A stretch of 60,019 nt of DNA from Clostridia bacterium (GCA_017414385.1 JAFQMO010000152.1:1-60019); one strand, 5' to 3'. Counted from the stretch's first letter, positions 38,298-47,476 are shown. Notes: a model not told the origin generated them from the sequence alone. A program made the numbers and translations.

Positions 38298-38999
38298 TTA
38301 TGCGAGATAATAGCCCAAGCCGTGCTTCGAAAAAATGTACTGTGGATGAGAGGGATCATCTTCAATCTTTGCACGCAAACGGCTGATGGTAACATCTACC
38401 GTCCGTCGATCACCGTAAAACTCACGGTAGCCCCACACATCCTGTAAAAGTGCTTCGCGCGTAAACGGTTTTCCTGCGTTGGATGCAAGATAAGAGATCA
38501 GATCGTATTCGACCTTTGACAACGCGATCTCCTTCCCGTTTTTTGTAACAAGGTACTTTTCATTATCGATCACAAGATCCCGTACACGGATGATCGCGCT
38601 GTTTCTTGCGTTAACGATCACCTCGCCCGAGGCGCGGCGCATATTTGCCTTGATCCGTGCAAGAAGGACATTGATGGAAAACGGCTTTGTAACATAATCA
38701 TCTGCGCCAAGATCCAGTCCCATGATCTTATCAATCTCTTCTTCCTTTGCCGTAACCATAATGATCGGTGTATCCAGCTTCATACGGACTCCGCGGCAGA
38801 CCGTATATCCGTCCATCTTGGGAAGCATGATGTCAAGCAGGATCAGATCAAAATCTCCGCTCAGGGCCTTTTTCAGCCCCTCCTCACCGTCATAGGCGAT
38901 ATCATATGCGTATCCCGCCTGCATCAGATTAAATGCAAGCACCTGTGCAATATTCTTTTCATCCTCAACAATCAATATCTTCTTTTTTTCGTTGGTCAT
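38298..38999 (-). CDS. walR: OmpR-family response regulator, WalR-like
   Basis: KKILIVEDEKNIAQVLAFNLMQAGY...DLILLDIMLPKMDGYTVCRGVR...PIIMVTAKEEEIDKIMGLDLGADDYVTKPFSINVLLARIKANMRR aligns almost block-for-block with B. subtilis WalR as I remember it. The C-terminal domain is a winged helix (RTVDVTISRLRAKIE). The ATG at 38999 has GAGGGG 9 nt upstream; the track start at 39008 abuts the SD. Confidence 0.75.
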   Translation of the reverse strand: MTNEKKKILIVEDEKNIAQVLAFNLMQAGYAYDIAYDGEEGLKKALSGDFDLILLDIMLPKMDGYTVCRGVRMKLDTPIIMVTAKEEEIDKIMGLDLGADDYVTKPFSINVLLARIKANMRRASGEVIVNARNSAIIRVRDLVIDNEKYLVTKNGKEIALSKVEYDLISYLASNAGKPFTREALLQDVWGYREFYGDRRTVDVTISRLRAKIEDDPSHPQYIFSKHGLGYYLA

Positions 39000-39026
39000 G
39001 TTACCCATCCCCTCTCTGTCACGCTG

Positions 39027-40247
39027 TCACGGAAAAACAACAGGATCGGACGCATCGGTGATCCGTTTGACATGGATCAGCGGGTGCTCCGAGATGTACT
39101 GAAGCAGCATTGGAAGCACTGCAAGTGTTTTTTCTGTACAATGAAAGCGAATCACAGGATTGTAGCACCTCTGAATACCGTTCAGGATCTTGGTATAAAC
39201 CATATCAATATCGTATTCGCTGCTGTGGTCCATTGCCGCCACATTCCAATCCCATAAAACATATCCAAGATCGGCAAGAGCCTGTTTCTGACGGTCCGTC
39301 AGCATCATCAGAGAAGACTTCGAACCCTCGGGAAAACGGATCAGCCGTACCTTTCGTTTGGTCAGAGCATACAAAAGCTCGTTTTCTTCTTCAAAGGATG
39401 CAAGCATCGCTTCCGTTTTCAAAACATCCGCCTCCACACCTGTCATCGTATGCAGACCAACCGAATGTCCTTCCGCTATAATATCAGCCACGATCGACGG
39501 ATGTGCGATGATCTGTTCTCCGGTAATAAAAAACGTCGCTTTTGTCTGGTAAGCTTTCAAGACCGCAAGGATCTGCAGCGTATACTCAGCCTCAATGTCC
39601 TCAAAGGTCAGATGAACGGTTGCGGGATGGTATTCTTCCGGATTCTGCTCCGAATCCGGAGCTGCAGTCTGCGATTCTGTGAGGATCTCGCTTTCGGAAT
39701 CTGTCGTCTGAGGATCCTTGGGAGAGTACTTTTCGATGAGAGAATTCAACTGCTGTGTCTGTCTGCCGTCAGCGATACGCACAGTAATACCATTGCCCGC
39801 CATTTCGTAGATCCAGCCAAAGTGCGCACATAATTCCAGCATCGGAACATACCGTTCCTTATTGTAAGTCGTGGTACGGATAAACTTGTATGTTCCGAGT
39901 TCAGTCTGTGCATAGTCGTTGTTCGCCGTATCAAAGGAAAGATATTTTCCTGTCTTTGTATCGCTGATAACAAAGGAGTCTGTCAGACGCGAACCGTCAC
40001 GGCGCACCTTGATATATTCGATCTCCTCAAAAAAGGAGAGAGGGATCCAGAAGTCCTTTGTAACACCGACGGTGTAACCGAGCGCCGGATAGTATTCGTC
40101 CGATCGCCACAGAGTATCGTTGAAAAACAACGTCGGAATACCGTTGTTGATTCCGCCTGCCGCAAAAACAGACGGTACAAGGATCGAGCACGCGATCGAT
40201 ATCACGATCAGCAGCCAAAGGACCATATAACGAAACCGCTGCTTCAT
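39027..40247 (-). CDS. Secreted or anchored polysaccharide-deacetylase (NodB-fold) protein with degenerate active-site motifs and an N-terminal stalk-like domain
   Basis: Signal/anchor YMVLWLLIVISIACSILVPSVFA. The N-terminal domain ends in YVPMLELCAHFGWIYEMAGNGITVRI (copper-amine-oxidase-N-like). A Ser/Thr/Glu-rich linker follows. The NodB-like domain has TFEDI (canonical TFDDG), GHSVGLHTMTG (canonical H-S/T-x-x-H, second His replaced by Gly), RFPEG and IRFHC. The ATG at 40247 has GGAGG 9 nt upstream. Confidence 0.6.
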   Translation of the reverse strand: MKQRFRYMVLWLLIVISIACSILVPSVFAAGGINNGIPTLFFNDTLWRSDEYYPALGYTVGVTKDFWIPLSFFEEIEYIKVRRDGSRLTDSFVISDTKTGKYLSFDTANNDYAQTELGTYKFIRTTTYNKERYVPMLELCAHFGWIYEMAGNGITVRIADGRQTQQLNSLIEKYSPKDPQTTDSESEILTESQTAAPDSEQNPEEYHPATVHLTFEDIEAEYTLQILAVLKAYQTKATFFITGEQIIAHPSIVADIIAEGHSVGLHTMTGVEADVLKTEAMLASFEEENELLYALTKRKVRLIRFPEGSKSSLMMLTDRQKQALADLGYVLWDWNVAAMDHSSEYDIDMVYTKILNGIQRCYNPVIRFHCTEKTLAVLPMLLQYISEHPLIHVKRITDASDPVVFP

Positions 40248-40295
40248 ATGCCTCATCCTCCTTCAAAAACATTTTACATCACATCCGACGGCATC

Positions 40296-41429
40296 TTATG
40301 TCCGCGGAAAATTTTTCTCATAATACGCCACAGCAAGATCGACAACAAGGCCGTAGCTCTTTGTTCCGGCCGTCTGCCCCTGCACCTTGAGATAGGTATC
40401 GTTTACTGCGTTGGAAATGGTTGCCGCCGTATTCTCTCTGTATTTTTCATAAAATTCATCATAGGCATACAGCTCATAAACAATACAATTGTCAAGCTCT
40501 CGATATATTTTTTCCCAAAGTGCCTTGTCCGCCGAATACAGCGCGCCTGACAAATATTCGACCATATTCAAATATCCCGAATATCGGGTATAGGGATTAT
40601 CGCTGTTGATACAAACAAGAAAAGCAACAAAATTTGCTTCCTTTTCTCTTGCGATTCCTCTTTGATGCGCAAGCTCATGTGCCGCGGTAAAGGGCAATGT
40701 GTAATCGGGGAAATTGACATTCAGATTGGCTTCTCCCGTAAAAAATGTGTAGATCCCCGTAATGTGCGTGTAAGACATCGGCTCACTCAGGATCACCGGC
40801 TTGACCGCTGACGAAAAGTCAAAAAACAACGGGTATTCCTCTCCTAAACGATCATAACCGATCATCAGATCCTCACACATCTCATCGAAGCTTTGAAACG
40901 GCATGACCGAGGCTCCGCCAAATCGGAAATCCACCTCATCGTCCAGCTGATTCACCTCATCGATCACCCATTTCATCGTTTCGGCAAGCTGCAATGCGGT
41001 TACCTTGGATTCCGTCAATCCGAGACGGTCGGAAAGCGGCGATGCATAGGATCCGATGCCGAGCATCGGAACAAACAATGTATAGAGCAAAAATATGATG
41101 CTGAGCAGCGTACAGATGTAACGCACACCCGTGCGTATGCTCCGCTTCGACAATATAAGCGAGAGCGAAAACAGAACAATCACAAGAACGGGAGAAAACA
41201 ACAGCAGTCCCTCTGCAATGGAAAACGGAACAAGTCCCGTGATCTTTGCCGCAAGGAACCGAAGCGCACCGCCCCAATAATAGTTTACGGCATCCGCAAA
41301 GGAAGCATTGGATATCGCCGTCATATGCAGAACAAACGTGATCAATGCCGCCGCAAGAGAGAGCGGCAGACAAAGCGGGATGTACCGCTTACAACGTATC
41401 CAAAACAGCTGTGCCTTGGTTCTTGACAT
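40296..41429 (-). CDS. DUF3810-like membrane protein with an HExxH zinc-peptidase-type motif
   Basis: 377 aa with three N-terminal TM segments and the motif FTAAHELAHQRGIAREKEANF. The ATG at 41429 overlaps the 3-prime end of the upstream pseudouridine synthase gene by 41 nt. Confidence 0.6.
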   Translation of the reverse strand: MSRTKAQLFWIRCKRYIPLCLPLSLAAALITFVLHMTAISNASFADAVNYYWGGALRFLAAKITGLVPFSIAEGLLLFSPVLVIVLFSLSLILSKRSIRTGVRYICTLLSIIFLLYTLFVPMLGIGSYASPLSDRLGLTESKVTALQLAETMKWVIDEVNQLDDEVDFRFGGASVMPFQSFDEMCEDLMIGYDRLGEEYPLFFDFSSAVKPVILSEPMSYTHITGIYTFFTGEANLNVNFPDYTLPFTAAHELAHQRGIAREKEANFVAFLVCINSDNPYTRYSGYLNMVEYLSGALYSADKALWEKIYRELDNCIVYELYAYDEFYEKYRENTAATISNAVNDTYLKVQGQTAGTKSYGLVVDLAVAYYEKNFPRT

Positions 41430-42360
41430 AGTCCTTGATCCTTTCTTCGTTCATGTTCGGAAAAAACCGCAAAAATACTGCCATATCGGACGGGATCGGC
41501 GCAAAAAATGCAGCGAGCTGTCCGCTTGTCGGGTGCGGAAATGACGTCATACAACAGTGCAGTGCCTGTCTTCCGATACCGCCGTCCCCCTCTGTCCCGT
41601 ATAAAAAGTCACCGAGGATAGGACATCCTCTGGAGGAAAAATGCACGCGGAGCTGATGGGTCCGTCCCGTTACGGGCTCCGCTGCCGCAAGCGTCAGCGG
41701 CCTTCCCAAATGATCCGGTCCGGACGCAAGCACACGGTAACGTGTCAGCGACGGATCGCCGTCATCCTCTGTCAGGACACGTGTGATCACACTGTCCTCC
41801 TTACGCCGAATACATCCGCAGATGGTTCCCTCCGTCGGCACAAGTGTACCGCGCAGGATCGCAAGATATACCTTTTGGGTTGTGGATTCCAGATGAGAAC
41901 GGTGCAGATGATGTGCCGCCACAGCGTTCTTGGCGATCGTTACAACACCGCTTGTGTCTCTGTCCAGCCGACTGCACGCACGAAAAACAAACGGCTGTCC
42001 GCGTTCCTCAAACAGATATGCAAGACCATTTGCCACCGTGTCATCGAAATGTCCATGAGAGGGGTGTGTCGGCACATACGGAGGCTTATTGAGCACAAGG
42101 ATGTCGTCATCCTCAAAGAGGATATCCAGATCCATCTTCGTTGCAACGATATGCTCCGAGCTCTCTTTGTCCTCTGCTGATACGGACAACACATCCCCTG
42201 CCTTCAAAAGATAGCGGACCGTCACATGCTCGCCGTTCACACAGAGTCCGAGAGGAAGCTGCTTCAGCCTTGTCGTCATTGCGGACGAAATACCGAGCAC
42301 ATAACGCAAATACGTTTTCAGAGTCTTTCCGGCATGCTCTTCACCTATGACATATTCCAT
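41389..42360 (-). CDS. RluA-family pseudouridine synthase (RluD-like, with N-terminal S4 domain)
   Basis: The S4-like N-terminus is LKTYLRYVLGISSAMTTRLKQ. The catalytic motif is SRLDRDTSGVV. A conserved block is GRTHQLRVHF. Confidence 0.88.
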   Translation of the reverse strand: MEYVIGEEHAGKTLKTYLRYVLGISSAMTTRLKQLPLGLCVNGEHVTVRYLLKAGDVLSVSAEDKESSEHIVATKMDLDILFEDDDILVLNKPPYVPTHPSHGHFDDTVANGLAYLFEERGQPFVFRACSRLDRDTSGVVTIAKNAVAAHHLHRSHLESTTQKVYLAILRGTLVPTEGTICGCIRRKEDSVITRVLTEDDGDPSLTRYRVLASGPDHLGRPLTLAAAEPVTGRTHQLRVHFSSRGCPILGDFLYGTEGDGGIGRQALHCCMTSFPHPTSGQLAAFFAPIPSDMAVFLRFFPNMNEERIKDYVKNQGTAVLDTL

Positions 42361-42401
42361 CTGTCCGCTCTCCCATTCTATAAACCGTATGCTTTAATTA
42401 C

Positions 42402-42430
42402 ATTATACAACATTTTGTCCTTTTTTGCAA
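42402..42430 (-). promoter_or_regulatory. Near-consensus sigma-70 promoter for the rluD-like ... walRK operon
   Basis: Minus strand reads TTGCAA (42430-42425), a 17-nt spacer, then TATAAT (42407-42402). It lies 7 nt after the GNAT stop and about 40 nt before the ATG at 42360. Confidence 0.65.
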
Positions 42431-42436
42431 CAGAAA

Positions 42437-43186
42437 TCACGCACGAAACGCCGTATAAGCAAAAAATCCTCCGGCAGGAACAAAGCCCGCCCTTGCAGCA
42501 ACCGCCGCAGATGCCGTATTCGTGACATAATATCGGTAAAGCACGGTTTTTCCCTCTGCCGTCAGCATATCCGTCAATGCGCGGACCGATGCAAGTGCAA
42601 AGCCGCGCCGACGGTAATCGGGCGCACATTCTACGCCGATCTCCACGCAGTGTTCCGCATCCGACGACGAATTGACCGCAGCGACCGCACAGATCGCACC
42701 GTCCTCAACACAACCAAACGCACCGCGCGCCACGCAGTCCGAAATTTTCATTGAGGTCAGATTCCGCAGCTGCAGATGCTGCTCCCCGAGCCGACACAGC
42801 TGCGCCGGGGCAGGGCTCTGCTCCGTCGGAACAGGTGTTGTCGGTCCAAAGAGGCAGGCGATGCCATATCGGAGATAAAACGGAGAGGGGCGGTATCCCC
42901 ATTCCGTGAGATACGGGATAAGCGCTCTGTGAAGCGATGTCAGTGATCTATCCGAAAACAACGTATCACGGTACTCGGTCATATGCGCGTTCAGCGCATG
43001 GCTTACCGCGGGATAGCCGGATGCGACGCGTACGCCGTCAATGCATGCAAACGAAACGGGAATGATCGCATTCAGCCGTCGCTGCAGCGGAGCATCATCC
43101 TTTTGTCCGATCAGTACCCCGTCACGTCCATCCTCCGTCAGCGTTACTCTATGATGTCTGCAGACATCCAAAAGCAAAGGGTTCAC
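42437..43186 (-). CDS. GNAT-family N-acetyltransferase
   Basis: The C-terminal acetyl-CoA binding core is VEIGVECAPDYRRRGFALASVRALTDMLTAEGKTVLYRYYVTNTASAAVAARAGFVPAG. The start overlaps the CapA stop by 4 nt. Confidence 0.7.
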   Translation of the reverse strand: MNPLLLDVCRHHRVTLTEDGRDGVLIGQKDDAPLQRRLNAIIPVSFACIDGVRVASGYPAVSHALNAHMTEYRDTLFSDRSLTSLHRALIPYLTEWGYRPSPFYLRYGIACLFGPTTPVPTEQSPAPAQLCRLGEQHLQLRNLTSMKISDCVARGAFGCVEDGAICAVAAVNSSSDAEHCVEIGVECAPDYRRRGFALASVRALTDMLTAEGKTVLYRYYVTNTASAAVAARAGFVPAGGFFAYTAFRA

Positions 43187-44445
43187 GGTACCGCATCCTC
43201 AAGCATTACTGCAGGCAAAAATTCCGTATCGATCAGATCGCGCGTATATTCCTTGAGTCGTTCCCAGGTCTGCAGATGCCAACTGCCGAAATTCTGTACG
43301 CCGTGCTTTGCCGCGAGCTCCTCGGAATAGTCCTCCATAAAATAGATCTTCTGTCCGAAAAAGCCTGTATTGTAGTGGAACATTGTCGGGAGGAAGCATA
43401 CATTCTCAAGACGGCAGTCTTCCCCCTCCTTCACAAAATCCATTGTCAAAAAGCCGCCCACCATATTATACGCATCTGCCATAAGAGAAAACAGATTGCC
43501 GAGTGAATATGCACACAGCATTCTTTTTCCGTTCACGCCCTCGATCCATTCCATCGGCTGGATCAGATGCGGATGGTGTCCGACGACCACGTCGACATCG
43601 CAATCGGCAAACAGCTGTGCATATTTTTTCTGATCACCGGTAACGGGCTGATAGCTATCCTCTCCCCAATGCACGGAAACCACAACAAAATCCGCCGACG
43701 CTCTTGCAGCAGCACACTGTCTTCGGATCACATCCTCATTCAGATACGGGATGATCATTTCATATCCGGCAGGCATGGAAAGACCGTTTGTGCCATAGCA
43801 GTATGACAAAAACGCAATCGTGATCCCATTCTGCTCAACAATGCGTACGGTATCGTAATCCTCTGCATTTCGATAGGCACCGAGCAGTGTCACGTCCAGT
43901 GTATCCCAAAAGTCCATCGTCTCAGCAAGACCTTCTGCAAGCATGTCCATCATATGGTTATTCGCAATATTGACAACATCAAAGCCTGTATCGATGATAT
44001 CATGGGCGAGCTGTCTGGGTGTATTGAATCGGGGGTAGCCGGAATAACCGTAAGCCTCTCCCGCCATCAGTGTTTCCTGGTTGATAAAAGCGATATCGAA
44101 TGACGAAACCGTATCAACGACCTCGGTGAACAGATGCGAAAAATCGTATGCCTGTCCGTTTCCCGCCGCACGCGCCGTCTTCTGTGCCTCCATCCAGATG
44201 CCCTCATGCACAATACTGTCACCTGCAGCAAGGAAGGAGGCTCGCTGTATGACAACGGGCGGCTCAGTCTCCGGCTCTGTCATTTGCTCAAGCGTACCGT
44301 TTACTGCCTCCTCTGCCATCGTATCAGGCACGGTGGGAATTCTCCAATCCCCTCCCTCAAGCTCGACCCTTGCGCAGCCAAGCATGACAAGCATCGCAAG
44401 ACAGAGCATGATCAGCCATATCGAAAGCTTCTTTGCTTCTTTCAT
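43183..44445 (-). CDS. CapA-family (PGA_cap metallophosphatase-fold) lipoprotein
   Basis: Signal peptide with lipobox (LVMLGCARV). Motifs are FLAAGDSIVHE, IANNHMMD, VSVHWGEDSYQP and VVGHHPHLIQP. Confidence 0.8.
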   Translation of the reverse strand: MKEAKKLSIWLIMLCLAMLVMLGCARVELEGGDWRIPTVPDTMAEEAVNGTLEQMTEPETEPPVVIQRASFLAAGDSIVHEGIWMEAQKTARAAGNGQAYDFSHLFTEVVDTVSSFDIAFINQETLMAGEAYGYSGYPRFNTPRQLAHDIIDTGFDVVNIANNHMMDMLAEGLAETMDFWDTLDVTLLGAYRNAEDYDTVRIVEQNGITIAFLSYCYGTNGLSMPAGYEMIIPYLNEDVIRRQCAAARASADFVVVSVHWGEDSYQPVTGDQKKYAQLFADCDVDVVVGHHPHLIQPMEWIEGVNGKRMLCAYSLGNLFSLMADAYNMVGGFLTMDFVKEGEDCRLENVCFLPTMFHYNTGFFGQKIYFMEDYSEELAAKHGVQNFGSWHLQTWERLKEYTRDLIDTEFLPAVMLEDAVP

Positions 44446-44461
44446 TCTGTGTTCTCCTCAA

Positions 44462-44512
44462 AGAAAAAAATACCGGAATGCCGCACGGTTCATTCACCGT
44501 ACGGCAGCCCGG
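44462..44512 (-). terminator. Rho-independent terminator after gpmI
   Basis: Minus strand has CCGG-GCT-GCCGTACGGT-GAATGA-ACCGTGCGGC-ATT-CCGG, followed by TATTTTTTTC. Confidence 0.75.
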
Positions 44513-44526
44513 TCATTTTTCATGAA

Positions 44527-46164
44527 TTACTTCATTTCGATCAGGGATTCATCCCACATGGAAGGTGCTTCGTAACCGAGCATATTGACCGTCGTCGCCG
44601 CAACATCCGACAAACCGAAGGTCTCTTTCTGTGCTTTCACGGTATACGCATCCGTATAGAAGTTATCATAGATGATGCAGGGAACAGGATTGAGTGTATG
44701 GCTCGTCTTTGCCTTGGGAGAGCCGTCCTTATTGCACTTGACCGCCCCCTTCTTATCAAGCTCATACATCTCATCGGCATTTCCGTGGTCCGCTGTGATA
44801 ATCGCAACACCCTTCAAACGGTCAACAACTGCAAGAATACGTGCAAGCTGAAGATCCAAAGCCTCCATGGAGCACTGTGTTGCAAGCAGATTTCCCGTAT
44901 GTCCGACCATGTCGCCGTTGGGGAAATTGACGCGGTAGTAACGGTACTTTCCGCTCTCCAACGCTTCGATCAAAGCATCCGCGATCAGCGCACACTGCAT
45001 CCAAGGTCTCTGCTCAAAGGGAACGACATCCGAGGGGATCTCGACATAGGTCTCCGTCTGCTCATCAAACTTTCCGGAGCGATTTCCGTTCCAGAAATAC
45101 GTAACGTGTCCGTACTTCTGTGTCTCGGAGATTGCAAGCTGCGCAACACCTGTATCGGCAAGATATTCACCCATTGTATTGGTGATCTCGGGAGGATTGA
45201 CAAGGTAACGGGAGGGAATGTGAAGGTCGCCGTCATACTCAAGCATACCCGCATACTTGACACGGGGATAACGAACACGGTCAAAGCGATCAAATTCCGC
45301 ATCATCGAATGCACGGGAGATCTCGATGGCACGGTCGCCGCGGAAATTGAAGAATATCACAGCATCGCCATCTTCAATGGTACCGATCGGCTTGCCGTTT
45401 TCCGCAATAACAAAGGGAGGCAGATCCTGATCGATGACCTTTGTCTCAGCGCGGTATGTCTCGATTGCTTCTGTTGCGGAAGCAAACTGTCTGCCCTCAC
45501 CGAGCACGTGTGTCTTCCAGCCTTCCTCGACCATTGCCCAGTTTGCCTCATATCGATCCATTGTGATCTTCATTCTTCCGCCGCCCGATGCGATACGGAT
45601 ATCAAAGCTGTCATCACGCAGAGAAGCGATAAATGCCTCAAACGGCTCTACATATTCAAGCGCAGAGGTTTCTCCGACATCACGGCCGTCAAGCAGGATA
45701 TGGACGCGGACACGCGAAACACCGTCACGCTTTGCCTGCTCGATCATAGCCTTGAGGTGATCAATATGCGAGTGAACATTGCCGTCGGAGAAAAGTCCAA
45801 GGAAATGGAGCGTTGCGCAATCGGAAACAAGCGTCTTCCAGGTATCGGATGCAAACATCTTTCCGGATGCGATCGACTCGGAAACGAGCTTTGCTCCCTG
45901 GGAAAAAACTTGTCCGGAGCCAAGTGCGTTATGTCCGACCTCGGAATTGCCCATATCATCGTCGGAGGGCAGACCGACTGCGGTTCCGTGTGCACGGAGT
46001 CGGAGCATCGGATATTTTTCCATCAGCATATCAAGGGTAGGTGTGTACGCACGGTATACTGCGTTTCCTTCATTGGAGGGAGCAAGGCCGACACCGTCCA
46101 TGACGATCGTCAGGACAGGGCCCTCTACACCGTGAAATGCTTCGAGTTTTTTCAGTTGTGCCAT
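44527..46164 (-). CDS. gpmI: 2,3-bisphosphoglycerate-independent phosphoglycerate mutase (long, about 545-aa form)
   Basis: VLTIVMDGVGLAP, the catalytic Ser region MGNSEVGHNALGSGQ, and the C-terminal metal site ITADHGNADEM. It is monocistronic, lying between a terminator and a divergent promoter region. Confidence 0.92.
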   Translation of the reverse strand: MAQLKKLEAFHGVEGPVLTIVMDGVGLAPSNEGNAVYRAYTPTLDMLMEKYPMLRLRAHGTAVGLPSDDDMGNSEVGHNALGSGQVFSQGAKLVSESIASGKMFASDTWKTLVSDCATLHFLGLFSDGNVHSHIDHLKAMIEQAKRDGVSRVRVHILLDGRDVGETSALEYVEPFEAFIASLRDDSFDIRIASGGGRMKITMDRYEANWAMVEEGWKTHVLGEGRQFASATEAIETYRAETKVIDQDLPPFVIAENGKPIGTIEDGDAVIFFNFRGDRAIEISRAFDDAEFDRFDRVRYPRVKYAGMLEYDGDLHIPSRYLVNPPEITNTMGEYLADTGVAQLAISETQKYGHVTYFWNGNRSGKFDEQTETYVEIPSDVVPFEQRPWMQCALIADALIEALESGKYRYYRVNFPNGDMVGHTGNLLATQCSMEALDLQLARILAVVDRLKGVAIITADHGNADEMYELDKKGAVKCNKDGSPKAKTSHTLNPVPCIIYDNFYTDAYTVKAQKETFGLSDVAATTVNMLGYEAPSMWDESLIEMK

Positions 46165-46414
46165 AATGTATCGATTCCTTTCTTGATTTTACGGATATTC
46201 AATTTGTGTTATCTAATATATTATATTCTCAAACTGTGAACAAAGTTTTAATAATCCCGCACTTTTGATAAAAATTTCTCATTTTTTGTCACGCTTCTAT
46301 TCTGCTGCTCCGTTTTCATTTTTTGATTTTCCCCAATACATACCGTCTGAATCCAAAGCATCACCGTGAAAGTGTAAATTTTTTGGAAAAACGGTCCCGA
46401 TCCTTTGACACCTA

Positions 46415-46443
46415 TTGCAAAATCCGATCAAATGAGGTATAAT
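46415..46443 (+). promoter_or_regulatory. Consensus-like sigma-70 promoter for the dcw cluster
   Basis: TTGCAA (46415-46420), a 17-nt spacer, then TATAAT (46438-46443). It lies about 60 nt upstream of the rsmH ATG. Confidence 0.65.
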
Positions 46444-46510
46444 ATTATAATGAACTTGTATGCTCCAATAAGGGTCATACACATTTGATCGACTTGAGAG
46501 GGGACGCATC

Positions 46511-47476
46511 ATGACAGACATCCTTCAAACACAGACATCCGATACGGGATTTTCTCATTATCCCGTCATGCGCACGGAATGTATTGACGGCCTTTCCATC
46601 GATCCAACCGGTATATATGCAGACTGCACGCTTGGCGGAGGAGGACATTCCGAGGAGATCGCGCGGCGGCTGACCACAGGCAAGCTTCTATGCATCGATC
46701 AGGATATCTGTGCCATTCGTGCCGCATCCAAGCGTCTTGCGCCGTATGCAGACCGTATCATCCTTGAGCATGACAATTTTTCAAACATCAAGGAGATCCT
46801 GAGGAGAAACGGCATCAACGCGCTTCACGGCGCCCTGATCGATCTCGGTGTCTCCTCTTATCAGCTGGACACTCCGGAGAGAGGCTTTTCCTATCAGCAC
46901 AATGCTCCATTGGATATGCGGATGAACGCCGATGCGCCGCTTTCCGCATACGATATTGTCAACACATATTCCTTTGAGGAGCTTCGCCGCATCATCTCCG
47001 AGTACGGTGAGGAACGCTTCGCATCGAAGATCGCCTCCAATATCGTTCGCGACAGAGAAGCTGCACCGATCGAGACAACCTTTGCGCTTGTCGATGTCAT
47101 CAAAAAATCTATCCCCGCAAAAAACCGTGCCGAAGGCGGACATCCCGCAAAACGAACCTTTCAGGCGATCCGCATTGCCGTCAACGATGAGCTTGCCATC
47201 ATCGAACCGACCGTCCGATCGCTCATCGATGTGCTCAGACCCGATGGACGTCTTTGTGTAATCACATTCCATTCTCTGGAGGACCGCATCGTCAAGCAGA
47301 CGTATCGCAACGAAGCAAAGGGATGTACCTGCCCTCCCGATTTCCCTGTTTGTATTTGCGGAAAAATCCCGAAGATCCGTATCGTCACTACGAAGCCGAT
47401 CTGTGCAAGCGAGACAGAGCTCGCCGAAAACAACCGTTCACACAGCGCAAAGCTGCGCATTGCGCAGCGAATATAA
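46511..47476 (+). CDS. rsmH: 16S rRNA (cytosine1402-N4)-methyltransferase
   Basis: HYPVMRTECIDGL, the SAM site DCTLGGGGHSEEI, and the blocks DLGVSSYQLD and ITFHSLEDRIVK. Confidence 0.96.
   Translation: MTDILQTQTSDTGFSHYPVMRTECIDGLSIDPTGIYADCTLGGGGHSEEIARRLTTGKLLCIDQDICAIRAASKRLAPYADRIILEHDNFSNIKEILRRNGINALHGALIDLGVSSYQLDTPERGFSYQHNAPLDMRMNADAPLSAYDIVNTYSFEELRRIISEYGEERFASKIASNIVRDREAAPIETTFALVDVIKKSIPAKNRAEGGHPAKRTFQAIRIAVNDELAIIEPTVRSLIDVLRPDGRLCVITFHSLEDRIVKQTYRNEAKGCTCPPDFPVCICGKIPKIRIVTTKPICASETELAENNRSHSAKLRIAQRI

Noticed and set aside
44134-46239. 701-aa plus-strand ORF
   Set aside because: It is codon-complementary to both CapA and gpmI (all phase 1), and both of those carry clear family motifs. 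It is a shadow ORF.
46165-46510. Search for an mraZ gene or remnant upstream of rsmH
   Set aside because: The gap is only 346 nt, it is AT-rich, and it holds divergent promoter elements. It contains no ORF with the SpoVT/AbrB-like MraZ pattern. The 74-aa minus-strand ORF at 46297-46521 has no start signals.
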